From Eledone cirrhosa (taxonomy: Eukaryota): a stretch of DNA of 64,000 nucleotides. Both the position numbers and the translations under genes were made by a program. The notes beneath the pieces are model-generated. The model saw nothing but the letters and a program-made list of their open reading frames with translations, had not been told where the DNA came from and searched no databases. The stretch is from contig OZ024741.1 of NCBI GenBank assembly GCA_964016885.1, positions 266,538,001-266,602,000 on the forward strand, written 5' to 3'. Below, piece by piece: positions 26,735 through 38,778 of this stretch (the first letter of the stretch is position 1; each line of letters begins with the position of its first letter).

Positions 26735-27045
26735 ATAATTACATGGTTTTGCATCTAGAAAGTTCCCTTCTGAGGCATAAGCCTGGGCAAGGTGCAATTG
26801 TGGAAGACCAGCAGTCCCCCATGCATACCAGTCTCCCTTCTGTTCGCCACCAATGTTATCCAAAGGAAAGGCAATGGCCGATACAACTTGGCACCAGTGA
26901 CGTCACAACTCATTTTTACAGCTGAGTAAACTGGAGCAACAAGAAACAAAGTGCCTTGCTCAAGAACACAACGCGCCACCCGGTCTAAGAATCAAACTCA
27001 CAACCTCCAGATTGCAAACCCAAAGCTCTAACCACTAAGCCATAT
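26735..27045 (-). mobile_element. CORE-like SINE family B, near full length
   Basis: Same head/core as 540-688 plus a tail of about 170 bp shared with 43970-44262. Confidence 0.9.
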
Positions 27046-27395
27046 GCACCCACAGGATAGGAAAAAATAATGGGAAAAGTAAGGGAGAGAAGAGTGAGTG
27101 GTAGTCTCTACATGACATTCTAGGTGGGATATCTCAACTATGCTCTGTAGACAAAATGGCAAATGATCAGCCACTCTTTCATAGGACTCCTTCCTTGAGC
27201 TGTTTGGGGACTGAGGACACCAGAGGTCATGATGGAGACTGGTACAAAAAGGAAGTGGTCAATCAAGTCCTAGTGTTTGGCTATCTTCCTTTCCTTTGTA
27301 TTATGGGCAGCAGTGCCTGGGTTTGTGGCTGAAACAACAAGGCTGGTAGCAGAGAACGTGTCTGTGTTTGACCTCCCAGACTAGAGATTTACCTC

Positions 27396-27595
27396 TTAAC
27401 CCTTTACATTACTCTATATTTACTATTGTATTTTTGTGATAAAGGCTTTACCTCACATAATATCAAATCTGAGATTTTGATGTTATTTTGAGAACAATAC
27501 TTTAACATCAGTATGAACGGCCAGTCACAGCCGGTTTGAACAGAAAAAGTGAGAATTCTGGCCGGATATGACCAGTTTAAATGCTAAAGGGTTAA
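27396..27595 (+). mobile_element. piggyBac-type MITE family F
   Basis: TTAACCCTTTA ... TAAAGGGTTAA; reverse-complement homolog at 53862-54077. Confidence 0.9.
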
Positions 27596-28878
27596 ACAAT
27601 AGAGCTAACATAGTGGATGTGGATTTGTTTGTTATCAAGACACTTGACTCTTTTGATACCATCTCCAAACGATCTCTGATTCATCATCATCATCATCATT
27701 TTTACATCTGCTTTTCCATGCTTGCATGGGTTGGACGGGTCTTTCTCGGCATGGCATCTCTCCATACATTGTAATCTTTTGCCATTGCCTCTTTGAGTCT
27801 CAGTGATTGGAGGTCAGTTCTCACAACCTTTGCATAAGGTCTTTCTTGGTCTACCTCTACTGTGGCTGCTTTCCACTGGCATTTCCTGGCACTTCTTCAC
27901 CCAACAATCATTGTTCGTGCACATCACAGATTCTATGGAATAAAACCACCATTTTAACGGGTTTCTATTTAAATTAAAACCTTCCATCATATATAAGAAT
28001 ATTTAAAGTTATGGTACAGATACCATCTTAATAGAATAATGATTTTAGTAAATAATTGGGGGTGGGAGAGGATGGATGCACAATGGCCAGAGTAGAAGTG
28101 GGGAGTTTGGAACCTAGTAAAAAATGTAAAGGTAATTAGAGACCAGGTAATTCTGCTGTTGCCACTGTTTGTAGTCAGATACAGTATATTTCATTAACGA
28201 TATGGTAATGAAAGAGTTAATTCTTAAATTGCTCAGTCTAATATATAGCAGGGTAGTAGAATACTGTGTTGTAAGTAGCAGCAGCACCACCACCACCACC
28301 ATGTTTTGGTAGTTAGCAGTGATGAGTTCAACAACTCATGTGGGTGCTCTTAGAAAAGAATTCTTTGTCAAGTTGACTTGCCCTAAATGTGTTAACATAC
28401 CCTTGGTAACAGGGAAAGTAATGTTAAATGATATGCATTATATATATTTACATATGTGTGTGTGTCAATTCATAAATTTTATTCTTAGTAAAATGAATGT
28501 TTATATCTTGTATCCCTTTTCATTATACCCCCCCCCCCCTCTTTCTTCTCTGTTATTCTAGAAACCTGATGACTTTTATTGTTGACTGATATATACACAA
28601 CTGGGAGTTGGCTTATTTTTCATATTCTGATAAACAACTCTCTATTTTCAATCTCTAAAACAGTCAGTTTTAGTTTTAGCTCATTTTCCCACCCAGAATT
28701 CTGGTTTAAACACTGTACATAGAGCTTCTAAATGTTAGCAGGAAAATATCAAATTAAATTTAAAATGCAAACCATAGACTGAATGTTAAGGAAAAAATGT
28801 TTAATAAAACCTAAGAAGGGAAAAGAAAACAATTAAAAAATATATATATATTTTCTATATGGAATTTAGCTCTTTGTA

Positions 28879-28928
28879 GTGGTGGTGGTGGTGGTGGTGG
28901 TGGTGGTGGTAGTAGTAGTAGAAGTAGT
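28879..28928. repeat. (GGT)n(AGT)n compound microsatellite
   Basis: Direct reading; source of the poly-Pro/poly-Leu ORF 28811-29065. Confidence 0.95.
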
Positions 28929-29077
28929 AATAATAAAAATAATTTCTTTTTCTCCTGTTTTTCGGCTTTTCTACATTCCTGAAAAATTAAGTTTTCTATA
29001 GTGATTTTTATTCCTTTACTGGTTTCAGTCATGAGGCTGTGGCCATGCTGGCGTGCAGCATTCAATTTTAATTAATT

Positions 29078-29327
29078 AATAAAAGGGTGTGGGAAGCTCA
29101 GGCTCAGCAAATAACTGAAATTTCAATGAATTACTATAAAATAGCTTACAAAAATCAAGTAAAGACCCTTAGAGATGGGGAAAAAATGTACAGCAGCCGC
29201 TACAAAGGATCGAAGCAGCCACTGGCAACATTTTTTCCATCTTTAAGAGTGTTTACCTGATTTTTGTAAACTAATTTATAGCAACTGACTGTAATTGCTG
29301 CAGCTGTGCTTCCTACATTCTCTTATA
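29078..29327. repeat. Foldback inverted repeat (probable decayed MITE)
   Basis: Inner arms 29134-29189 / 29228-29281 plus weaker outer arms. Confidence 0.85.
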
Positions 29328-30874
29328 AAGTTATTTTCTTGGTGCTTCATAAGTTTGACAATTTGAGCTTCACACACAATGTCTATTTAATTTTATTTTT
29401 TTAATAAATTTACTTTATTCCATTATTTCTCTAAGTCACTCATCATCATCATCATACTCCCACTTTCCATGTTGGCATGAGTTGGAAAAGTTACAGTCCA
29501 AGTTTTTAGACTGGTCAGGGAACCATGTTTTGAATCTTTCATAAGCTGGATGCTCTTCCTAACACTAACCACTTTACAGTGTGTACTGGGTATATTTAAT
29601 TATAGCACCAGCATTGCCACTTCACTCACTACCATACATATATATATATACATACACACATACGTGTGTGTGTATGTATATATATGTGTATATATTTATT
29701 TCCCATCTCTATTGTTTCTTTTTAATCGTTTGAAAAATTAGTTTTTAGTTTAAATATTTAAAAAATGTTTTCTTTCTACTAGTTGATTCCATATTAAGAT
29801 TAAACCCATGACTTAATGATTGGATAGTTAACTTTTTAACCACTCAGCAGGTATGTTTGCATCATTTATTGTCCATTATTCCATGTTTGCATGGGTGAGA
29901 CAAGCCAGGTCAGGTAACCTACGTCTTCCTTATGGATTTGTATTTTGTTTAGGTTTCTACAACTGGATGCCCTTCCACATTACAGTGTGGACTGGGTGAT
30001 TTTTATTGTAGTACTAAAACAAACATGTGGTGTTTTTTGTTGTCACCAGCACAACTTTACAGGGTGACTGGGTGCTTCTGTTGTGGCACTGGGTCATTAC
30101 TTGAGGTGAACTTAGTGGTTTTTGTTATGATAATGGCATTATGGCAAATTAGATATTGATCATGTCCAGCTTTCATGCTTGTATGGTTGGGTTGGACAGG
30201 AACGTTTATCAGAGGTGAGTTTTGAGTAGAGGACAAGTAAACAAGAGTGACATAAATATATAAAGTTAGGTGTGTAACAAGTTACAGGTGGTGCACCGTT
30301 CGAAGCACTCAATGTTGTTACGAGGTCCGTTTCATTTGGGTTGTATGCCAGTGTTACGGCTGTAGTGTGCAGAGTGTACACTGAGCTGGTCGATATTGAA
30401 ATAATTGTAATATGCAACACTGACTTCAACTCTTGTAAATCTCTCTCTCTCTTGTGTTGTACCTTTTTAGTGGGTATTGTACCACTAGTTTAATTAAGTT
30501 AAATGAATAAAGAATACTCAAACATTACCACCCCAGTGATACAGGGCCTGGATGATGTGGGGGAGTGTTCTCTGGTGTGCAGAACCTCTGGCACTGGCCA
30601 TCCCATGGTGCAAGCAGAAGACAGAATAGAGAAAGCATTGTCTCAGAAGATAGCGAAAGAAGCACATTGAAATAGTTATTCCAACTTGCGGGACAACTTT
30701 GAGTAAGGAAGACCTAGCACACTGGACGTCTCCACTACTGCAGGCTTGATGACAAATGTATTGGAAAGTATCTGTTACTTCAACAGCTTGAGGTCTTTAG
30801 CTTGTCGGGCAACAAAGTCTGGGTCTGTTGCTGAATGCACCAGGTTGCTACTCCTGTAAGATAGACTAGCATTC

Positions 30875-31035
30875 AGTGGATTGGCAGAATCAGTAGTGTC
30901 GGGCACCATGCTTCGCGGCATAGTCACGACTCTTTACGTTCTGAGTTCAAAACTCACCAAGGTTAGCTTTGCTTTTCATCCTTACGGGGGTCGATTTAAT
31001 CAACTTTCCCTTCTTTAAATCAGAAACCATTGTTA
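30875..31035 (+). mobile_element. SINE family A with internal deletion
   Basis: GTGGATTGGCAG head, GAGTTCAAA B-box, TTTCATCCTTACGGGGGTCGAT. Confidence 0.85.
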
Positions 31036-31149
31036 TTATTAGTAGTAGTATTGTTATTCAAAGGAAACTTAGAGAATTCGTTTCTCCACCCCGTTTAAAA
31101 GGAAAGATTTTGAGCCAAAGTTGGTGGTCTGTGTATTTATGATACATTA

Positions 31150-31692
31150 CACACAGAAACTTCCTAAATAAACATATATAGAACCTTCCTTAATATACAC
31201 ATATATAGAAACTTCCTAAACATTCATACATACACATATAGAAACTTGCTTAACATATACATACATATATAGAAACTTCCTAAACATTCATACATACACA
31301 TATAGAAACTTGCTTAACATATACATACATATATAGAAACTTGCTTAACATATACATACACATATAGAAACTTGCTTAACATATACATACATATATAGAA
31401 ACTTGCTTAACATATACATACACATATAGAAACTTGCTTAACATATACATACATATATAGAAACTTGCTTAACATATACATACACATATAGAAACTTGCT
31501 TAACATATACATACATATATAGAAACTTGCTTAACATATACATACATATATAGAAACTTGCTTAACATATACATACGCATATAGAAACTTGCTTAACATA
31601 TACATACACACATAGAAACTTGCTTAACATACATACACACATAGAAACTTCCTTAACATACATACACACATAGAAACTTCCTTAACATACAT
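31150..31692. repeat. 31-bp minisatellite, about 18 units (TAGAAACTTGCTTAACATATACATACAYATA)
   Basis: GAAAC recurs at an exact 31-bp spacing in the centre (31305, 31336, 31367 ... 31615) with diverged edge units. Confidence 0.95.
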
Positions 31693-31924
31693 GTTGCGAC
31701 ACATACTGAAGAAATGATCCATAAAAGCATGGTCTTAATTATTCTAGCTAACTGTTGAATATAAGTATCTGGGAATGAGGAGAATCAGGTGTTTTATGAG
31801 GGAAGAAGCAGGTGGTAGGAACGTATGTATGTTTTGTTAGCTGTAAGTCAATATAAAAACTGTGTACAGCAGTTCTTCTGGCCCCTTTTGTATTTCTAGA
31901 GGTATTTTACAGGATTTATAAGAG

Positions 31925-32107
31925 TTTCTGATTTAGGCACAAGGCCAGCAATTTTGGGGGAGGGGAAAGTCGATTAAATCGACCCCAATGAGTGATTGTA
32001 CTTTATTTTATCGACCACATAAGGATGAAAGGCAAAGCTAACCTTGGTGGAATTTGGACTCAGAATGTAAAGGGCCGTTCTGAGTTCAAATCCCACTGAG
32101 GTTAGCT
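31925..32107 (-). mobile_element. SINE family A with a 5' inversion
   Basis: Minus-strand copy to about 32075 immediately followed by an inverted copy of its own B-box region (32076-32107). Confidence 0.85.
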
Positions 32108-32786
32108 ATTATTTATAACAACTGGCTATTATTTGGTGTGTGTGTGTGTGTGTGTAACTAGTTGAATTGTGATGATGGACATAATTATCAGGGCCAACAG
32201 AAGTCAGGTGAGGTCATTTGCTGACCTATCCTAAAATTATTTTCTCATAGATGTGTTTTGAAATCTGAATTTATTTAAAAGCAGCCTTCTCCTTATTTGT
32301 GACACATCTATGTCCAATCTGTCATGAGAAATGTTTTATTTAGCACCCCCCTGCCCCCCTTCAATGCCATCACTGTCATCAGTATCCATTCCCCCACCCT
32401 CATATGTAATAGTATTGTGTGTTCCCCTCACTCATTCCTCTAATTTATCTGACATACAGCAGCACCCAGGGTTTTCGTACCCTTGTCTTTCATTAGTGTT
32501 ATATTGTAGCAGGCCCTGCTGTTGTTATATTAAGTGTGGCTTGGTCTATGTAATTTGATAGATAACTAACATACCATTCCTATTTTGCTCCTGTTTTTAG
32601 TTATTCAGAAAATGAGAGCAGTTCTGGGGGGAAAAAAGAAAAACTTATCACCCTCCACCCCTTTTTTATATATATTTTTTTTATTTTGATATTTGTTTTT
32701 ATAAAGTCTGCTTGAGATTTAGATTATATTTCCTTCTCCTAATTGTACTCGTGTGTGTGTGTACACACGCACGTACGTACATTGAG

Positions 32787-32906
32787 GGAAAATGGCCTTA
32801 TAACTTTTGTTTATATACATGGCATCTTGGACAAGTATTTACTACTATAGCCTTGGATTGAGTGAAATTTAGTAAATGGATACTACAAAAAACCATCATA
32901 TATATA

Positions 32907-32942
<36 letters not shown>

Positions 32943-33524
32943 CCTACCTACATGAAGGGGCTCAGATCATGTGTGCAGTTTTCATCTTGAGATGTTAATT
33001 TACCTGCTTTACTTCTGCAAGTATTCAGGTAAATAGCTCAAGATGCTTACAAATGGTTGTATTACTCCTACACACACACTCAATCCACTTGGTTCTTTGT
33101 ATGAGAATGAGCTTGCTGTGTTTATCGCTTCAAGTAGTAGTAACATTTTCTTAGGCAATTTATGTATATTTTGACACTTCTCTCTCTTAAACCTTGTAAG
33201 AATTTCTACAGCAATGACCTCATAGCTATATTCCTTTGCTGGTTTGTGGCCATGCTGGAGCATTGCTTTAAAGGATGTTTAGCCAATCATTTGGATGCCA
33301 GTACTTATTATCTGGTACTTATTTTATCGATTTATTTTTTGTTTTTTGTTTTTTATTCCATAAACTTATTGGACATAAACAATTACAAATGTAAACATAC
33401 ATACGCACACATATATGATGGGTTTTTGTAGTATCCATTTATCAAATTTCACTCAATCCAAGGCTATAGTAGTAAATACTTGTCCAAGGTGCTATGTATA
33501 TAAAAAGTTTTAAGGCCATTTTCC
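32787..33524. repeat. Inverted duplication, arms 32787-32910 and 33406-33524
   Basis: Arms are reverse complements at roughly 90% identity by eye, including non-SINE flank. Confidence 0.9.
33230..33495 (-). mobile_element. CORE-like SINE family G, 5'-truncated
   Basis: GGCCATGCTGGAGCA tail end and GGCTATAGTAG...ACTTGTCCAAGGTGC core on the opposite strand. Confidence 0.8.
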
Positions 33525-34531
33525 TGGCTTACCATTTGCACTCAACCCCTTACCAACCTTTCACCCACCCTCCACCCTTCCCAGTTGCTTTGCTGTATCC
33601 TTGGTTACTGCTTACTATTGTAAGACTCTTGGGTGCTTACTCTCTCTCTCTGTTGCTGTTCAACAGGATGGCATTGACATAATTTCATGTTCACTTTATC
33701 AACAAGCAGAGGTGGTGTTTAGCAGTAGTATCAGAACTACTATATTAACTCTTTTAATGCCAACACACATGAAATGGTCCCTTTTTCTATGAAAATAAAA
33801 ACAAAACATAAGAAATTTCACACTATTTAAAGAATTCCTATCCAACCCTTTTGTTACTGCATTTCTAATGAAATGCAGTCTATTTCAATTGGTGAATTTT
33901 GAAGCATTTAATAAAATGATTTCATTACTAAAATAGTAACTTAACATTTGGTTTTATATCATTGTGGGGGAAGATATTAATTTAAACAGGAACCCCTTTA
34001 AACTGGGTGGTTTTGTTTCATGGAACAAAACTGAAACCAGTAAAAGAATGAAAGTATATTTGGAAATATTTAAAATAGGAGATTAAAGGCAAGGAAAACA
34101 GTTATTAAAATATTAATTTACCCACCTTCAGTCTCTTTAATATGTAATAACACTTTTATCAATGATCTGTCCACTAAATGTGATAAACATTTGAATTAAC
34201 AAACCTGTCTTTAGATATTTCCTGCCAAATCATTACAGGATGTTAAGAGATACTAATGCAAATTTTCACAATGAGCTATCTGTCCACTAGTAAAGATGCT
34301 ATAAACATTTAAATTAACAAACCTGTCTTTAGATATTTTCTGTTAAATCATTACAAAATGTTACGTGTTTAAGTTTTAACTTTTCAAGAAAATTTCTATT
34401 TAAAATTTTATTTTTTCAATTTTTTTTTTTTTTTATTTAAGAAGTAAATTTTTACTTTCCTTCCTTTACATTTTAATCCATTAATTGTATACCCGTTTTC
34501 TTTACAGAGGTGGAGAGTTAATTAGTCAGAA

Positions 34532-34598
34532 ATGACTGAGACTGCTCACCAGGTGAATGGGCCTTCCAGCCCCCCAGGCAAATTTATTGATTCTATTA
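34532..34598 (+). CDS. First coding exon, N-terminus MTETAHQVNGPSSPPGKFIDSI+1 nt (exon 34508-34598, phase 1)
   Basis: Pyrimidine-rich acceptor ...cccgttttctttacag| at 34507; in-frame upstream TAG then ATG with purine at -3; GC-richer than flanks; consensus donor A|GTAAGT at 34599-34604. The 60-aa ORF in the track reads through this donor. Confidence 0.65.
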
Positions 34599-35469
34599 GT
34601 AAGTATTTCAAACTATTTATTTATATTTCTAATTTAAATTTTATTGACCATATGAAGGAAGGTGGCTGTGCACCTGACATTGATTATAAAGACAACGGTG
34701 AGATGATGGATTAAGTCAGAATTTAGCATTTTATTAGTTCTGTTGTTGGAGACTTTGAAAGAACAGTAAAGTGGTGATTTGTGAACTGTTGAGGGATGCA
34801 GAAAGTACTTTGTTGTGGACATAGAAGTATTTGGGAGAAGCACCAATGCTGAGAGCAAAGACCAAACCCTTTGTGAGGAGTAAACATAATGCATAAAGGA
34901 TTGCAGTTGTTTACAGCAGCCCCCAAGTTGTGTTAGGGGTGAGGCTGCATAAATAACAGAAGGAAAAGTGCGTTAGAGAATAGGCCCAAAACAACTTGGA
35001 CATTTCTTGGTAGCATCAATGCTGCTTGGCATCATTTGATGGAGTAATACTGTGCCCAGAGTTGCAGAAATCATTGAGATTTGCAGTTGGTAGCTGCCGA
35101 AGGGAATATACAACATTGTAAACCATATATTAAATATTGGAGTTATTTAACCCTTTAAAATCTACAAAACTACTGCCACTGAATATGTGGAGATAATGCT
35201 GAAATGATCAAACATAACTTGTGTATGATTTTTGTTGGGATTTTCATACTAAGTTAACTTTGTAATTATTACTCTATATTATAATACTTTATTTGTTGAG
35301 ACAAAGTTATAAATTCAAGGAGTAGATATATGTTCATGCAGTGTAAGTGTTGGAAAGAATAATTGTATGTGTCTATTCTTCCATGCTTTCATGGGTTGGA
35401 CAAATGAAATATTTAGTAACTGAAAGTACATTGCACCCATGCCCCACAATGCAGTACTAACTTCTATTT

Positions 35470-35618
35470 TTTACTGGTACTAATTTTCAACTGAGTAAAC
35501 AGGAGAAATGTGAAATGAAGTGTCTTGCTCAAGGACACAACACACCATCTTGTTTAGGAATTGAAAGCGTGTCCTTAAAATCATGAGCCCAACATATATT
35601 AACCACTATGCTACATAT
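35470..35618 (-). mobile_element. CORE-like SINE head/core fragment
   Basis: AAGTGTCTTGCTCAAGGACACAACAC and TAACCACT; a similar fragment lies at about 14520-14640. Confidence 0.75.
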
Positions 35619-36330
35619 GTTCACAAGTGAAATAGAATCTTATTTCCAAATTAATCTCAGACTACAGCTATATATATGACTAAGTGTCTGTTAGTAATTA
35701 TAACTGTATTATTAGCTTAACAATTAATTATTACAAGAATTCAAGTGTTATATTATGTTCTTCATTATTGAGGTGTAATTTAAAGAATATAATTTGTATA
35801 TACACCTACCTAATTTGTTTCATTAATTATCAAATGTTCAAAATCCGTTTTGAAGTGTTATATATGAAATCTAGGTTACTAAGTAGATGGTTTGATCTAG
35901 GTTTCATTTTTGCTAATAAAATCCATGGCAGTTGAATGTTGAATGTTAAAGGTTAGTTAAGAGCTAGTTTTGCATTATCATTGGAGTGCTAATTTACACA
36001 AATTAATTTTGAGGTGAAGCAAATGAGATGTTTCAATGAATGATTAGAACTCAGTGCTCTAGTTTTGTGTAATTTAAGGGACCAAGAGCAAGTTTTGCTA
36101 GGCATTTTCTGTAAATGAAGACAGTTCTTAGTCAGTTAGTGGTGGTCTGTGTCAAGCTTGAATTTTTATTTAGAATGTATCTAGTTTAAAATAAGTATAC
36201 CATATTCCTGTGTCATAAGGAACAACTAAATGGGTTAATGTCAGGAAAGTTGTCTGGCTGTAAAACATTGCCTCAAAAAATTCTCGTCCAACCTTTGCCA
36301 ACATGAAAAAGTTGATGTAAAAACAATAAT

Positions 36331-36515
36331 TGTTTCTACTTTTGGCACAAGGCCAGAAATCATGCCAATACATTACTGGTGCTTTATTTTATTGACCCCG
36401 TAAGGATGAAAGGCAAAGTTAACCTCAACAGGATTTGAACTCAGATCATAAAAGGCCGTAACTTTATGCTGCAAAGCATGGTGTTTGACCTTCTACTGAT
36501 ACTGCCAATCTACCA
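36331..36515 (-). mobile_element. SINE family A, short-tail subtype
   Basis: 13-bp TSD TAAAAACAATAAT (36318-36330 / 36516-36528); inserted in the tail of an RTE 3'-end element. Confidence 0.9.
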
Positions 36516-37155
36516 TAAAAACAATAATGTTGATGAATCCATAAAGTACAATAGAAAAATTACAAAAAAACAACTCTACATTCTTTATTGAATGGCATAT
36601 CTCAGCTAGATGAAAGTGTTGCTGTGAAAGAATAACCAATGATATCTATTGTATCAACCATTCTACCTCATGTAGCTGTTTCTTCAGGTGAAATGACTTG
36701 GTCTTGATTTGATGGAGGAAAATGACTGTCTGGTGAGCTAGGACACTGGAGGTGTCAACAGCAACTGGCACAGAATGGAAAGCTGGAGAGTTGTATGATG
36801 AGATGAAATATGTCTCATATGTTCCAGGCATGTCTCTTTTATTTAGTATTTTCTGAGAAAGAACTCTGACAAACATTTCCATCTGTTTTTTTATGGATAT
36901 TCTATATACTCATGGAATATTAGGTAAACCTATCAAACCCATCTGCATGAAGAAACTATACTTAAGTTCTAATATTAAAACAAACATTTATTTTCAAGTT
37001 TTAATTATAAAATCAAGTTCAAGGATGCCATTCTCTGAAGATGGTAGATTTGCAGTTCAACTTTGTCTAAATATTTCTCTCTTTCTCTATCTATTGGTAT
37101 CAGGAAAGTTAGTATTTCCTCTCATTTGTTACCATGATATTTTTCAGTATTTTTT

Positions 37156-37488
37156 TTAACCCTTTCATTATTATATTTCTAATGAAAGACACGGCCTGTA
37201 TTGTTTAACCTTTTCATTACTATATTTCTAATGAAAGACAGTGCTGTTTAACTCTTTCTTTATCATATTTCTAATGAAAGACACTGTGATTTTCAATTAA
37301 TTTTGAAAATAAACAAATTTGGAGTAATTTAGTAAAAAAAACTTTAATAATAGGCTGATGTTTAAAATATAATTAAATAAAATTTCCTTATATAAAATTA
37401 TGATGGATCGTTTGAATTTTAATAAAAAAAAATGTTTTGTATCATAAACTAGTGTTGGTTTTAGGTGGTTTGGTATCTGGAGGGTTAA
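37156..37488 (+). mobile_element. piggyBac-type MITE family C with triplicated left end
   Basis: Three tandem TTAAC(C/T)(C/T)TTTC...ATATTTCTAATGAAAGACA units, then body and GAGGGTTAA. Confidence 0.85.
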
Positions 37489-38426
37489 ATCTAGGATAGA
37501 AGTAAAACAGATTTGGCATTGGTGGTATGGAATTATGAGATGTCTTTTAAGTTAAATAATAGTTGACTACTTCTTACTGGTACCACCCCTACTTGTAATG
37601 GTGATACTATCATTATTAGTTGCAGTAAATTGCCACAAAGGAATATAGTTTGTAGGACAGAGGTTAGAGGGATCTTAGCATATGTGACCTTTCATATTGT
37701 TGAGGTTGTGTGTTGGTTTCAAGTTATTAGTTAATAAAATAACCAGGCATCATTTACCAAACAAATACCATGGTGTGCTATTTGAGAAAATAATTCCACA
37801 GAATTAAGTTTTTTTTTGTATCACAGTTGATGGTGGCGAACAAGATTTGTACTAAAGAACCATTATTTATTTATAAAGTTATTTATTTAATCAATTTAAG
37901 CGGCTGTGTAAAGCTAGTAAGCCATGACACTGAGAAATATATCTAATATCCCTTACATATAAGAAACGAAAATGAGAGGGAAAAAAACTAAAAAGAAAAG
38001 GGGAGGGAAAGACTGATAAAGGACAGTAAAATGTTTGTGTGAAATTCTTTTGTAACCTCCACGAATTGGGGAAATTTTATTTATAGTTGGTGGATTCTTG
38101 AAAATAAATCACATCTCTAACATTGGAAGCTTTTTAAAGATCATTTTCAAAATGTCCTTATCTCTGACTGGCAATTTTTGCATTTGAACAAATAATGCAC
38201 ATAATAATTCACATGAGCATAAAAGTGATTCCATGCAACCTGTTCCATTTGTTAGACTATAGTTTATAGAGAACAAGATAGAATATATTCTTTGTAGAAA
38301 TGTGTTAGTTTTCTGTTCATATTCAAGTACTGGGATTGATTCTTTTTCTATATCTCTTTCTCACTTCCTCTCTCACTTTCTCTCCTTCTCTGGAAAATAT
38401 CAGTTGTGTTCATACTTGGTGAGAGG

Positions 38427-38778
38427 TGGGTCCTCCTCACATACTTCAAATTTCAATGTTAGCTACATACATGTTCTCTAGGTTTAACATTCCTAAGACA
38501 TGCTGTATGTCACTACAGTGCCACTACAACTCCACTAGGCGTTTCTGGTCCATACTGTTCTAAGCCTTCCTTAGGTAATAAATAAAATGGTCTCTTGCTC
38601 TCCTATAGTAATTCTTCTTAGTTTTTAATAATCTCTGGTTCAGTGTTATTTTAATGTAATCATTGAACTAAACTTTGATATTCTTTGCTTTTATCATATT
38701 AGTGAAGTTAGCTATATACATATAAAGATGACATGTATATAGCTAACATTGAAGTTTGAAGCAGGTAAGGAGGACCCA
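38427..38778. repeat. Inverted repeat, 48-bp arms 38427-38474 / 38731-38778
   Basis: 43 of 48 positions Watson-Crick by hand alignment. Confidence 0.9.
38703..38764 (+). other. Candidate 62-nt cryptic/poison cassette exon
   Basis: Branch-like ACTAAAC, pyrimidine tract and TAG| acceptor at 38702; strong donor CAG|GTAAGG at 38765; gives an in-frame TAA if joined to the phase-1 exon ending at 34598. Confidence 0.3.

Noticed and set aside
31150-31692. Regularly spaced repeat resembling a CRISPR array
   Set aside because: No unique spacers; whole units repeat; eukaryotic context and no cas genes.
34532-34598. Faint resemblance of the peptide to ELAV (..NGP..SSP) or Musashi (..PGKMFI) N-termini
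   Set aside because: Too short and low in information; no RRM exon in the window, so no gene symbol assigned.
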